Source: an uncultured Veillonellaceae bacterium
GTDB lineage: Bacteria; Bacillota; Negativicutes; JARBTT01
NCBI GenBank assembly: GCA_963805085.1
Contig: CAWDTA010000002.1
Span: 1,312,001-1,376,000 of the forward strand
Reading direction: 5' to 3'
DNA length: 64,000 nucleotides
The translations under genes and the position numbers were made by a program. This document shows, piece by piece, positions 31,001 to 40,131 of the stretch. Under the pieces are notes generated by a model. It made no database searches and was not told the DNA's origin. It saw nothing but the letters and a program-made list of their open reading frames with translations. Position 1 is the stretch's first letter. Each line of letters opens with the position of its first letter.

Positions 31001-31139
31001 GGCGAATGACAAAATCGGGATCTTCCATTCTTCCTAAACGAGTATACGAAAATATTCCCATTACAAAAGTTGCAATGATGAAATAATAGATAAGCTGTTT
31101 ATGATTAAGCGCCCATGCTGTCAAATTGATCTGTTTCAT
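28029..31139 (-). CDS. RND efflux transporter permease (AcrB family)
   Basis: 1036 aa; GLLVDDAII, RFRPIMLT, two periplasmic loops. Confidence 0.96.
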   Translation of the reverse strand: MKQINLTAWALNHKQLIYYFIIATFVMGIFSYTRLGRMEDPDFVIRQMIVSVSWPGASARQVEEQVTDKIEKKLQDTPGMDYLKSYSQPGQAVIYVNLKSEVSEKDIRPTWVEIRNMVNDIKSTLPQGVVGPSFNDRFDDVFGSIYALTTDGFTYEEMRDRAEKIRRTLLGISNIKKVELLGVQDEKIYIEMESSKLAQLGIDPNLIINSVKTQDAMTSSGMIETSSDNVYLRVSGMFDDIDSIRNLPIRANDRTFRLGDIAKVQRSYTDPIEPKMYYNGQPAIGISISMDKGGNILTLGTELSKTIDQIKHDLPLGFEINQVSNQPKVVEESIGEFVKSLREAIIIVLIVCFISLGVRSGVVVALCIPLVIAGVFACMQIMGIDLHKISLGALIIALGLLVDDAIIAVEMMSVKLEQGWDMFKAACFAYTATAFPMLTGTLITCAGFIPIGFAKGSAAEFTNSIFKVITIALLISWLVSVLVTPLLGSRLIKVKPTANTGHDIYDTKFYRLFRRVLIWCLDRRKLVLGITMLCFVCSIFLLKFVKQEFFPPSIRPELIVEMTLPEGASLQATEQEAQRFAQCLANDANIENYSYYVGKGAPRFVLTSDPKLPANNYAQFVIVAKNTEAREVLNKKINNLFIEDFANVRGHTKLIQTGPPSPYPVMLRVAGYDHDKVREISQQVSEAMAANPNITGINFDWNEKIKTMHLSVDQDKARMLGIDSQSLATSLQTQLSGADISEFREKDKTVDVVFRIDPQNRNDLSHIKDLNIHIGNGKFVPLEQIAKISYEAEDGLIWRRDLKPAITVQADVTQGVTGNDAAKQVYENLKDLRNNLPPGYSITIAGSLENSQKSIGYLLQPVPAMIIIIITLLMFQLQKMSLMFLTVLTAPLGIIGVSIAMLLTQRPMGFVSELGILALSGMIIRNSVILIDQIEQHIKAGESPWNAIIDSTILRFRPIMLTAAAAILGMIPLIASTFWGPMAVAIAGGLFGATLLTLLVLPTMYATWFKVQASNPPQIIPSKQNEPPDNSFSPHL

Positions 31140-32254
31140 TGGTCAGCACCTGCAGTTCGTACCTTTTGTCCTTCCTGCAACTTGTGTACACCAGCGATTA
31201 CAATCATATCCCCATCATTGAGCCCTTCCAGAACCTTAACTTTGTTGTCACCAAAAACGTCGATTTTGATCGGTTTTAAATTTACTATATCGTTATGAAC
31301 AACCCAGACACTCGGTGTATCTCCGGTCTGGTATAAAGCAGATAGGGGAATATAGGTTGCTCTTTGACTATCTGCACTATTAACCGTCACAGTAGCCGTC
31401 ATGCCCAAGTTTATTTCCTGTGGCGGATTTACTAAACTAATTCGTACTTTATATGTACGGGATACTTTATCCGCCATGGGCGAAATTTCTCGTACTTTGC
31501 CAGTGATAGCAATCTCTGGCAAAGCCCAAAATGTAACTTTGAGTTGTTGCGCTTTGCGCAGTTCTTCAATCCGATTTTCAGGGACATTGATTTCTATTTC
31601 CCGTTCGCCATCCTGCACAATGGTCAGCACCGTTTGTCCAGCACTGACCACTTGCCCTATCTCAGCGACAATGTCGGAAACGATACCTGGTTTATCGGCA
31701 CATAGGAGGCTATAATCGAGCTTGTTGGCACCTTGAGTATACTGAGCCGAAGCCTGTTGTAGCGTTGCTACGGCGACATCATAGGCACTGGCATATTGAT
31801 CATATGTCATGCGCCCGACAGCACCTTGTTCATAGAGTTGCCGATAGCGGTCCAAATTGCTTTCAGCCAGACGGAGCTGTGATTCAGCGGAGGATACTTG
31901 GGCAGATGTGCTGTTAACGGTTTGTTGAATATCTTTGGGATCAATCTGCATCAGTACATCGCCAGCGTTTATTATACTGCCCAGCTCGATATTTCTCTTA
32001 ATAATTTTCCCGTCTACCTGAAACGCCAACTGACTTTCATATCGTCCGCGCACTTCGCCGGAATATGTATATCCTTGCGAGGATTCTGCAACTTTGACTA
32101 CGGTTGTTTGGACTAAAGGCATATCGGTTACAACCGCTTTTGTCTGATTCTGTGCTTTCCATACCATACCTCCCGCGATACATATTCCTAATACCGTTGT
32201 TGCTAAAATGTAATATAATTGCTTTTTGGATATTAGATCGTTTAACTGTTTCAT
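31136..32254 (-). CDS. RND membrane fusion (periplasmic adaptor) protein
   Basis: TM anchor, lipoyl/hairpin pattern, SRTYKVR, GL..GD.IV.AG; GAGGAG RBS before ATG at 32254. Confidence 0.93.
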   Translation of the reverse strand: MKQLNDLISKKQLYYILATTVLGICIAGGMVWKAQNQTKAVVTDMPLVQTTVVKVAESSQGYTYSGEVRGRYESQLAFQVDGKIIKRNIELGSIINAGDVLMQIDPKDIQQTVNSTSAQVSSAESQLRLAESNLDRYRQLYEQGAVGRMTYDQYASAYDVAVATLQQASAQYTQGANKLDYSLLCADKPGIVSDIVAEIGQVVSAGQTVLTIVQDGEREIEINVPENRIEELRKAQQLKVTFWALPEIAITGKVREISPMADKVSRTYKVRISLVNPPQEINLGMTATVTVNSADSQRATYIPLSALYQTGDTPSVWVVHNDIVNLKPIKIDVFGDNKVKVLEGLNDGDMIVIAGVHKLQEGQKVRTAGADQ

Positions 32255-32258
32255 TCTT

Positions 32259-32480
32259 TCACTCCTCATTTGTGTCATTTCTTAAAGGGACAAACTTGAT
32301 CGAAGGTTTTTCATAAGAGTAGACATGAATCATTTTGCCATCGTTGATTAACTCGACTTTTCCTAGCTGCCTGCCTTCCCATTCCCATGTTTGGACAAGG
32401 TCGGAAACAAGTTTATTGATTTTTTCTCGAGGCAATGTCGAATCTGCCAAGACGGGTATGCCATGAATGATATTACACAT
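32259..32480 (-). CDS. small hypothetical protein leading the RND operon
   Basis: AGGAGG RBS; 73 aa; its stop abuts the adaptor RBS. Confidence 0.7.
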   Translation of the reverse strand: MCNIIHGIPVLADSTLPREKINKLVSDLVQTWEWEGRQLGKVELINDGKMIHVYSYEKPSIKFVPLRNDTNEE

Positions 32481-32708
32481 TTGAATTGTTCCTCCTAATC
32501 AAAAAGTTAAGTGAATAACCGACTTAGTAAATTTTTTTATTATGAATAAATTAAGATAATAAAAAATTTTATTGGACAAAGATAGATGAATAGTTTCAAT
32601 AAATAACTTATTTTTGTACCATGAATTACAATTTCGGTATTTCGGGTACAAAAATGCATTTTTAAATCGCACAAAAGTGCGATTTAAAAAATAACAAAAG
32701 GGAAAAAT

Positions 32709-33272
32709 TTATTTTTTATGAGGGAGTAAACCGAAGACGATAATATCAGTCATTGCAGATAATGCATCTGCAGATGTCATGTTACTTTCCTCGAGAAATT
32801 GGTGGCTTAATAGATCATTCATAGTACTGGTTACGATTTGCTTAAATACGGATACATTGATTGGCCGTATTGAGTTACTTTCGATGGCTTCGTCGATAAG
32901 GTATTTCAAATGCTTTAGATGCTTTTGACGAGCCTCTGATACCAATTGCCATTCATCAGGATAATAGTGGCCAAGATCATCATAGATGCGAGGACTGTTA
33001 ATTGGACCAAATACTTTTGGCGAGATTTTAAGTAAGCCTTGAATTTTTTCCACAATCGATAGATTGGAGTTGTTACAAATTTCTTGTTCTTGAGTTTGAA
33101 CATCCTTGATGGCTGTAATTAAAATGTCATGCACAAGTTCATTTTTGGAGGCAAAATGATCATATAAAGAAGTTTTGCTTATACTAAGACGCCTTGCTAG
33201 GTCGCTCATGGTAAATTTTACGCCGCGGATTTTCATCTCGTCGGCAGCGGCCATGAGAATTTGATTACGCAA
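32709..33272 (-). CDS. TetR/AcrR family regulator
   Basis: FTMSDLARRLSISKTSLYDHFASKNEL; GAGGTG RBS. Confidence 0.93.
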   Translation of the reverse strand: MRNQILMAAADEMKIRGVKFTMSDLARRLSISKTSLYDHFASKNELVHDILITAIKDVQTQEQEICNNSNLSIVEKIQGLLKISPKVFGPINSPRIYDDLGHYYPDEWQLVSEARQKHLKHLKYLIDEAIESNSIRPINVSVFKQIVTSTMNDLLSHQFLEESNMTSADALSAMTDIIVFGLLPHKK

Positions 33273-33399
33273 AATTATATCACCTCAATCAGTTTGTACC
33301 CAAAAGACAAAATTGGTACTGTAAGTTCCAGAATATACTACTTTTTAACATCTGTCAATAATCATTGGTTATGGAAAGGGACACGAGGAGAGTTTCGTC

Positions 33400-33540
33400 A
33401 GGGGATGATAGACCGCATTTTAAAGCGTGCCTCTGATCGATTAGTAGCAGTTAAGAAATCTTGATATATTAAAATAAAAAATAAATATGTAAGCTCTTTT
33501 CGTTTTATATACGAATGTAGAACTTACACATTTATTTTTT
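33400..33540 (+). repeat. third copy of the 18954-gene 3' end plus hairpin
   Basis: GMIDRILKRASDRLVAVKKS* and near-identical hairpin to 27900-27960. Confidence 0.85.
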
Positions 33541-33618
33541 CACGCGTTTGTGGTGGAGAAAATTTGCTTGTTTAAAAAAGCAGTTTACACAAAATTATCT
33601 GGGAGGCCATTAGCATTT

Positions 33619-34524
33619 TTAATCAACGGTGTTTTCTTCATTTTGAACATTATCATTTGTTACTTTGATGCTAGATTCATCTTCGGATTTCTTCTGGCTG
33701 TTATGTACCTTTTTGCCATCAGAGTTTATTTGCTGACTGCTATCTGTATCGACCTTAGTATCACTATTGTCCTTGCCTTTATTTATTGCATCATCTACAT
33801 AAGACCGATTGTATGCATCGGTCAGCATTTTACTTACTACTGCTACAGTCGAAGTGGCAGCAGAGTTCGTTTCTTTTCTTGCTTCTACCTCATCAGTTGC
33901 TTCCGTCGCCTTCATGTCGCTTGCCATCTGATCAGCCTTTTCTTGCCGCGATTGCGTTTCTAATTTAGCTCGATAATCGCTTGCCGCTTTTTGATCTATT
34001 TTTATTGCCCGAATATCTTGTTTATAGCCGCCTACTCTAGTGCTCACCATCATCTGCTCATCTGGCGACATAGTATCTATATTCTTTGTCAAGGCTGATA
34101 TTTTATCGTTGATTTCGTTGATTTTATCATCAGGCGTTTTAGTTTCATTTGTAAGTTTGTTGATTTCATCTTGGATGGTTTGTTTGTCATCGTCAGTAAG
34201 CTTGCCATCGTCCTCGTCAAGCAGTTTCTGCAAATCATCTTTAACCTGCAACTTGTCCTTTCGTTCCTGTTCCTTTGCATCCAGCTCGTTGAGTTTATCC
34301 GTAGCCTCACCGGTACTTTCTTTCTGTACTACATCATGTTTTAGCTGTTCACTTTTCGTTTGGGCTTCTTTTCCTTTATCGCTGATGGTAACATTGAACG
34401 CTGTCGCAATCTGTGATGTCCCTAGAAGAGTCTGGGCTGCTCCAGCAGAAGTTTTATTAACAGTCAGCGCATTATTGCTATTAGTAGTTAAAGAGTGTAA
34501 GGCACTTTGTTTCTGAATCTGCAT
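33619..34524 (-). CDS. acidic coiled-coil hypothetical protein
   Basis: AAGGAGG RBS before ATG at 34524; S/T/N-rich N-terminus, VTISDKGK motif, heptad-rich middle. Confidence 0.75.
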   Translation of the reverse strand: MQIQKQSALHSLTTNSNNALTVNKTSAGAAQTLLGTSQIATAFNVTISDKGKEAQTKSEQLKHDVVQKESTGEATDKLNELDAKEQERKDKLQVKDDLQKLLDEDDGKLTDDDKQTIQDEINKLTNETKTPDDKINEINDKISALTKNIDTMSPDEQMMVSTRVGGYKQDIRAIKIDQKAASDYRAKLETQSRQEKADQMASDMKATEATDEVEARKETNSAATSTVAVVSKMLTDAYNRSYVDDAINKGKDNSDTKVDTDSSQQINSDGKKVHNSQKKSEDESSIKVTNDNVQNEENTVD

Positions 34525-34889
34525 CGTATAACCTCCTTGTATTTCAGATACAGCTATTTTCATCCTTAAAAACTTATTCTTTTGCTAGTATCTACATGTA
34601 TAATATATCACAATTAAGTTAATTTGTAAAATTAAGGAATATATGAGCCTTTTTTCTAGAAATATGGGAACAGAGAATCAAAAGTGCCCGAGTAACGGTG
34701 TATTGCTTTTGTTTTATAAAGTAACGCATGATATTTTTAGCTAAAGAAATAATCGCTTATATTGCGTATGTATCGGACAAATATTTTTGTTCAACTATGA
34801 ATTAAATTCATTTTTTATTGAAATATTCACTAGATGAAGTATAATTAAAAGAGTTATACTTTTTATGAATTTTAGAGGAGGCAATTTAA

Positions 34890-35489
34890 GTGGTTGATTC
34901 AATAAATCGTCGGGAAAGAAAAAAGATTAATTCGAAAAAAGCTATTGTTGATGCTGCTGTAAAATTGTTTAGCCAAAAGGGGTATCAGGAAACGGCAGTT
35001 GCGGATATTATGAATGAGGCTGATTTGGGGATTGGGACGTTCTATAATTATTTTCAGTCCAAAGAAGAAATTTTGAAAAGTTTACTTTCAGAAATTGTGG
35101 AAGAGATCAATGCATTTTATGAGACTTTGTTAAAAGAGCCAAAGCCAGTTGCGGAAATATTGACGGAAATGTTTTTACTTACGGCTAAAATTTTAGATGA
35201 AAATAGATTCGTTTTGCCATTGTTTCTAAGTGCTGCTCATAAAAGAGCAATGCCAAAAGAGCATATGCCTGCGACAAATGGTTTAACCTTTAAGAGTATT
35301 TTTGATATTATCATCAAAAATGGTCAGAAAAAAGGCGAGTTTCGGCAGGATATTCCAGCTGAATTGATTGCGGAGATGTTCCATTCTGTGTTTCAAGCGG
35401 CTTCCTTTAGTAGCTTAGAAATGAGCTTTATGACGAATATTAAATATAAATTAATGCTTATACTAGATGGAATCGTTTTGAAAAAATAA
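34890..35489 (+). CDS. TetR/AcrR family regulator
   Basis: RRERKK...KGY.ET.V.DI...ADLGIGTFYNYF.SKEE. Confidence 0.93.
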   Translation: MVDSINRRERKKINSKKAIVDAAVKLFSQKGYQETAVADIMNEADLGIGTFYNYFQSKEEILKSLLSEIVEEINAFYETLLKEPKPVAEILTEMFLLTAKILDENRFVLPLFLSAAHKRAMPKEHMPATNGLTFKSIFDIIIKNGQKKGEFRQDIPAELIAEMFHSVFQAASFSSLEMSFMTNIKYKLMLILDGIVLKK

Positions 35490-35729
35490 TATTTACAATG
35501 TTTTTTTCCACAAAATGTCGCTAAGATATTTTGTACATATTTTAAAAATGATTGATTGACCAAAAGAAGAAATACTGATAAGATAAAAATAAATGAATGC
35601 TATTCACTTATGAGTAGTATTCTATTTTTTGCAGTGGTATAATTGAAATATATTATATTTGGAATTTTTATAAATTTTGTGTACTTAAGTAGTATATTAA
35701 AGAGAGATATTTGTAGGTGAAATGAAAAG

Positions 35730-36908
35730 ATGATAAGTGTTACTAAACTATTATTTGCAACGGAATACTTTGGAGACTCTTTGCGTTATACAAAAGGAGC
35801 AAAAGCTGCTCGTCATGGGGTAAGAGAAGGAGCAGGCCCGGTTGTTGTTTGGAATTCTACCCGTACTTGTAACTTGACATGTCGTCATTGTTACATGAGT
35901 TCTGATGCGAAAAAATATCAAAATGAATTGACTACAGTGGAAGCAAAACAGTTCATTGATGATTTAGCAGAGTTTAATGTACCTGTACTGTTATTTTCCG
36001 GTGGCGAACCTTTAATCAGACCAGATTTTTTTGAGCTTGCAACCTATGCGGCTGAAAAAGGAGTAAGACCGACACTTTCTACAAATGGTACTTTGATTAC
36101 GCGGGAAGTTGCGCAAAAAATCAAAGATATCGGTGTGGGCTATGTGGGGATTTCTTTAGATGGTTTACGTGAAGTAAATGATAAGTTCCGTGGTAAAGAA
36201 GGCGCGTTTGAAGCTGCAATGCAAGGAATCAAAAACTGTGTTGCTGTTGGACAACGAGTAGGTTTACGTTTCACGATCAATCATCACAACATACAAGAAC
36301 TTGATCAGATTTTTGACTTTATTGAAGAAGAAAATATCGACCGTGTTTGTTTCTATCATTTGGTGTATTCCGGTCGTGGCAATGCAATGATGGCGGAAGA
36401 TGTAACGCCAGAGGAATCACGCAAAGCAATGGATACGATTATTCGTCGTACCAAGGACTTTGAAGCACGTGGTTTGAAAAAAGAAATCTTAACAGTAGAC
36501 AACCATTGTGATGGAGTTTACATGTATATAAAAGCGCTTGCTGAAGGCGACGAAGCATTAGCAGCTCAGATCAAAGAGTATATTTCGATGAATGGTGGAA
36601 ATCGTTCAGGAATTGCCTTTGGTGAAGTTGACCCTATGGGGTATGTACATCCAGACCAATTTACACAACACCATACATTCGGTAATGTTCGCGAACGTAA
36701 ATTCAGTGAAATTTGGCAAGATGAATCCCACGAACTTTTAGCTGGTTTAAAGGATCGTAAGCATTTATTAAAAGGTCGTTGCAGTAAGTGTCAGTACCTA
36801 GATAATTGTAATGGTAACTTTAGAACACGTGCCGAAGCAACTACAGGCGATTTCTGGGAATCAGATCCTGCTTGTTACTTAACAGATGAAGAAATCGGCT
36901 TAAAATAA
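35730..36908 (+). CDS. ahbC: radical SAM/SPASM protein, alternative heme pathway AhbC (NirJ1)-like
   Basis: PVVVWNSTRTCNLTCRHCY, FSGGEP, VHPDQF, CxxCx5C, DPACYL. Confidence 0.85.
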   Translation: MISVTKLLFATEYFGDSLRYTKGAKAARHGVREGAGPVVVWNSTRTCNLTCRHCYMSSDAKKYQNELTTVEAKQFIDDLAEFNVPVLLFSGGEPLIRPDFFELATYAAEKGVRPTLSTNGTLITREVAQKIKDIGVGYVGISLDGLREVNDKFRGKEGAFEAAMQGIKNCVAVGQRVGLRFTINHHNIQELDQIFDFIEEENIDRVCFYHLVYSGRGNAMMAEDVTPEESRKAMDTIIRRTKDFEARGLKKEILTVDNHCDGVYMYIKALAEGDEALAAQIKEYISMNGGNRSGIAFGEVDPMGYVHPDQFTQHHTFGNVRERKFSEIWQDESHELLAGLKDRKHLLKGRCSKCQYLDNCNGNFRTRAEATTGDFWESDPACYLTDEEIGLK

Positions 36909-36936
36909 AACTTGATAGTTTGAGGAGAGACGAACG

Positions 36937-37929
36937 ATGATTATTTCTTGGAATACAACAAATGCATGTAATATGTACTGCGATCATTGTTATAGAGACG
37001 CTGGCTGTAAGGCTGAAGAGGAGCTCAATACTGAGGAAGCAAAAACGCTTTTGGATCAAATAGCAAAAGCTGGTTTTAAAATCATGATTTTCAGTGGTGG
37101 TGAACCACTGATGCGTACTGATATCATTGAGTTGGTAAAACATGCGACCGCTTTGGGCTTGCGTTCGGTATTTGGTACCAATGGTACGCTGATTACGGAA
37201 GAAATGGCGCAAAAATTAAAAGATGCTGGTGCGATGGGAATGGGAATTTCCTTGGATTCACTGGATAAAGCAAAACATAATCAATTCCGTAAGTTTCCAG
37301 ATGCTTGGGAAGGTGCAGTGCGTGGTATGCGCAATTGCCGTAAGGTTGGTCTGCCTTTCCAAATTCATACGACAGTTATGGATTGGAACTCTCATGAGAT
37401 CGAAGCAATCACTGATTTTGCTGTAGAAGAAGGCGCGGTTGCGCATCATTTCTTTTTCTTAGTGCCAACTGGTCGGGCGACTTCTATTGAAACAGAATCA
37501 CTACGCGCAGAGGCTTATGAAGATACTTTAACGCGGATTATGAATAAGCAAAAGGAAGTAAGCATTGAGTTAAAACCAACTTGTGCACCGCAATTTATGC
37601 GGATTGCAAAACAAATGGGCATGAAACTACGTTTTGGTCGTGGCTGTTTGGCAGGAACTTCTTATTGTATTATCAGCCCACGTGGACAAGTACAGCCATG
37701 TGCGTATTTAAATCTTCCACTTGGTGATGTTCGCGAAACACCATTTGATGAAATTTGGAAGAACAACGAAGTGTTAAATGAACTTCGCACTTTGAAATAC
37801 AAGGGCGGCTGTGGTAGCTGCGAATACAAACAAGCGTGTGGCGGTTGTCGTGCGCGGGCGGCTTACTATCACGAAGGCGACTACATGGCAGAAGAACCAT
37901 GGTGTTTATACCATGGGCGCAAAGGATAA
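36937..37929 (+). CDS. ahbD: radical SAM/SPASM protein, AhbD (NirJ2)-like heme synthase
   Basis: WNTTNACNMYCDHCY, FFLVPTGR, KPTCAPQF, GCLAG, CGGCRARA. Confidence 0.85.
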   Translation: MIISWNTTNACNMYCDHCYRDAGCKAEEELNTEEAKTLLDQIAKAGFKIMIFSGGEPLMRTDIIELVKHATALGLRSVFGTNGTLITEEMAQKLKDAGAMGMGISLDSLDKAKHNQFRKFPDAWEGAVRGMRNCRKVGLPFQIHTTVMDWNSHEIEAITDFAVEEGAVAHHFFFLVPTGRATSIETESLRAEAYEDTLTRIMNKQKEVSIELKPTCAPQFMRIAKQMGMKLRFGRGCLAGTSYCIISPRGQVQPCAYLNLPLGDVRETPFDEIWKNNEVLNELRTLKYKGGCGSCEYKQACGGCRARAAYYHEGDYMAEEPWCLYHGRKG

Positions 37930-38010
37930 ATCATTATAAAACTTAAGGGCAGAGCATCTATAGAACATTTTGTTCAATCAATAGGTGCGCTGCCCTTTCT
38001 TTATTATTGC

Positions 38011-38196
38011 AAAACAGATAATTTGCAATGAAAAGCAACAAGTCGGCAAAAGACGAATCTCAAGTTAGACTATATTCAAAGACCGCAATGAAGGCTAAAC
38101 TCCCTATGGTCAAACAAAAAGCCTTCAAAGCTATGAGTAGTAAGATTCGTCTATGTTGCCTTGGTTGAAAAGTTTTCATTGTAAACTATCTGTTGC
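38011..38196. repeat. palindromic REP/MITE-like repeat, copy 1
   Basis: long IR (acagataatttgcaatgaaaa...ttttcattgtaaactatctgt) with aaactccct.tggtcaaaca core; homologous to 45046-45200. Confidence 0.75.
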
Positions 38197-38395
38197 TGAT
38201 TATAATGAGTTACAATAAAAAGCAAAAAGTGCCAAGAGACGATTTTTAGATTAGCTTTAATTCAAAAATTATTTGTTTGTGTTTACAATTTTCGTTTATT
38301 TTAGGGAAAGAATAAAAAATAATTACAACTCATGGTATACTTATAAGGTGTTATTTTTATGATTTTTCGCACTGAATGATAAAAGGGGAAATGAT

Positions 38396-39193
38396 ATGAT
38401 AAAGCTGATTATGACGGATATGGATGGTACTTTACTGGACGAAAAAGGTGAATTGCCAATTGAGTTAGGTGAGATTGTACCACAACTGAGGGATAAGGGA
38501 ATTTTGTTTGCTGCGGCGAGTGGGCGGCAATATTATAAATTATTGGACACGTTTGATGAGTATAAAGATGAAATGCTTTTTTTAGCGGAAAATGGAACTT
38601 ATGTTGTCTATAAAGGACAAGAATTATTTTCTAATGGCATGTCAAAAGAAACGGTAGAGGGTATTTTAAAAATCGCGAGAAATATTCCTGATACGCATAT
38701 TTTGGTTTCTGGTAAAAAGAAAGGCTATTGTGAGGCTCCAACTACAAAATTTATCGATGAGCTTGAACTCTATTATGCACGTTATGAAGTGGTGGAAGAT
38801 TTCTTGTCAGTCGATGATGATTTCTTAAAAATCGCTATTTTTGATGATAAAGGTGCTGAGCATAATAGTAGCCATTACTTTAATGCGTATCGTGATCAAT
38901 TACAGGTAAGTGTGAGTGCCAAGCATTGGCTGGATATTATGAATCGAGGTGCAAATAAAGGGGTAGCGGTGAAACAAATTCAAGAGCATTTTGGTTTTAC
39001 CGGAGAAGAAACCATGGTATTTGGCGATTACCTCAATGATTTGGAAATGATGTCGGCTGCATACTATAGCTATGCGATGGAAAATGCGCATCCCGATGTG
39101 AAAAAAGCGGCCCGCTTTATGGCTAAAACGAATCGCGAGCATGGTGTAATTCAGGTGATACAGGGAAAAGTTTTAGACCAATTGAAAAAGTAG
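38396..39193 (+). CDS. Cof-type HAD-IIB hydrolase
   Basis: DMDGTLL, ASGR, ENG, NKG, FGDYLND. Confidence 0.95.
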   Translation: MIKLIMTDMDGTLLDEKGELPIELGEIVPQLRDKGILFAAASGRQYYKLLDTFDEYKDEMLFLAENGTYVVYKGQELFSNGMSKETVEGILKIARNIPDTHILVSGKKKGYCEAPTTKFIDELELYYARYEVVEDFLSVDDDFLKIAIFDDKGAEHNSSHYFNAYRDQLQVSVSAKHWLDIMNRGANKGVAVKQIQEHFGFTGEETMVFGDYLNDLEMMSAAYYSYAMENAHPDVKKAARFMAKTNREHGVIQVIQGKVLDQLKK

Positions 39194-39228
39194 TTGTGAT
39201 AAGTTGAAGTGAAGGGATTTGTTAATTG

Positions 39229-40083
39229 ATGAAGTTTGATTATCATATGCATTTTGAATATGGCAGTTATGATTTAGAGTGGGTAAAGGGCTTTTTTGAT
39301 AGCGCTCAAACGCGTGGTATTGCAGAAATCGGCATTTCTGAGCATAGCCATGGCTTTGTAGAGTTTAAGGATTTGTATTATGATGAGCTCATTTTAGATG
39401 ATAGTATCGTTGGTGAATATCAAAAGAAATGGCTAACAAAAAATAAATTTAAATATAGCTTGGATGACTATTTTCATTTTATGAATATGCTCAAAGGGAA
39501 AGGCTATCCAGTCAAGACAGGCATCGAAATTTGTAATTTTAGGAATCAAGCACGTGTCAAAGAAATCATTGCAAACTACAATTTTGATTATGTAATTGGA
39601 TCGGTACATTTTCTCAAAGGTTGGGGCTATGATTTCGCTGATATTAAGTCGGAATGGAATAACCATTCTTTAGCAGATATTTATACTTGGTATGCTGAGG
39701 AAATTGAAAATCTCTGTAATGGCGCGCTTTATGATGTACTTGGGCATCCTTTCAATATTAGATTGTTTAAAAATATCCCTGATTTCGATGTTACACCAGT
39801 GCTGGAGCGAGTTGCAAGTGCATTAAGTAAGGCGAATATGGCGATTGATATTAACACGGGGACACTTTATCGTTATCCAATTGCTGAAATTTCTCCTTAT
39901 CCGGATTTCTTAAAAATAGCAAAGAAACACAACTTGCCAATCATCACTTCTTCCGATGCGCATCAACCAGAAGATTGTGGACGCTATATTGATAAAGCGG
40001 TAGAGTACGCAGAAGCCTATGGTTATGATAGCGTATTGACATTTAGCAATAGAAAAGCGATTGCGAGAAAATTTGCTGAGTAA
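39229..40083 (+). CDS. PHP-family phosphatase (histidinol-phosphatase-like)
   Basis: DYHMH, SEH, DYVIGSVH, GH, SSDAH. Confidence 0.88.
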   Translation: MKFDYHMHFEYGSYDLEWVKGFFDSAQTRGIAEIGISEHSHGFVEFKDLYYDELILDDSIVGEYQKKWLTKNKFKYSLDDYFHFMNMLKGKGYPVKTGIEICNFRNQARVKEIIANYNFDYVIGSVHFLKGWGYDFADIKSEWNNHSLADIYTWYAEEIENLCNGALYDVLGHPFNIRLFKNIPDFDVTPVLERVASALSKANMAIDINTGTLYRYPIAEISPYPDFLKIAKKHNLPIITSSDAHQPEDCGRYIDKAVEYAEAYGYDSVLTFSNRKAIARKFAE

Positions 40084-40131
40084 AGAATTTGGCGAAGGAA
40101 GTTTGTGGCCTGACCACGTGGAGGGGTTACA

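Noticed and set aside
33261-33464. 67-aa ORF as a real gene
   Set aside because: It overlaps the tetR start and promoter; only its last ~20 codons are the duplicated gene end
33550-34516. Plus-strand ORFs 33550-33963 and 34040-34516
   Set aside because: Antisense shadows of the low-complexity minus-strand gene; no RBS
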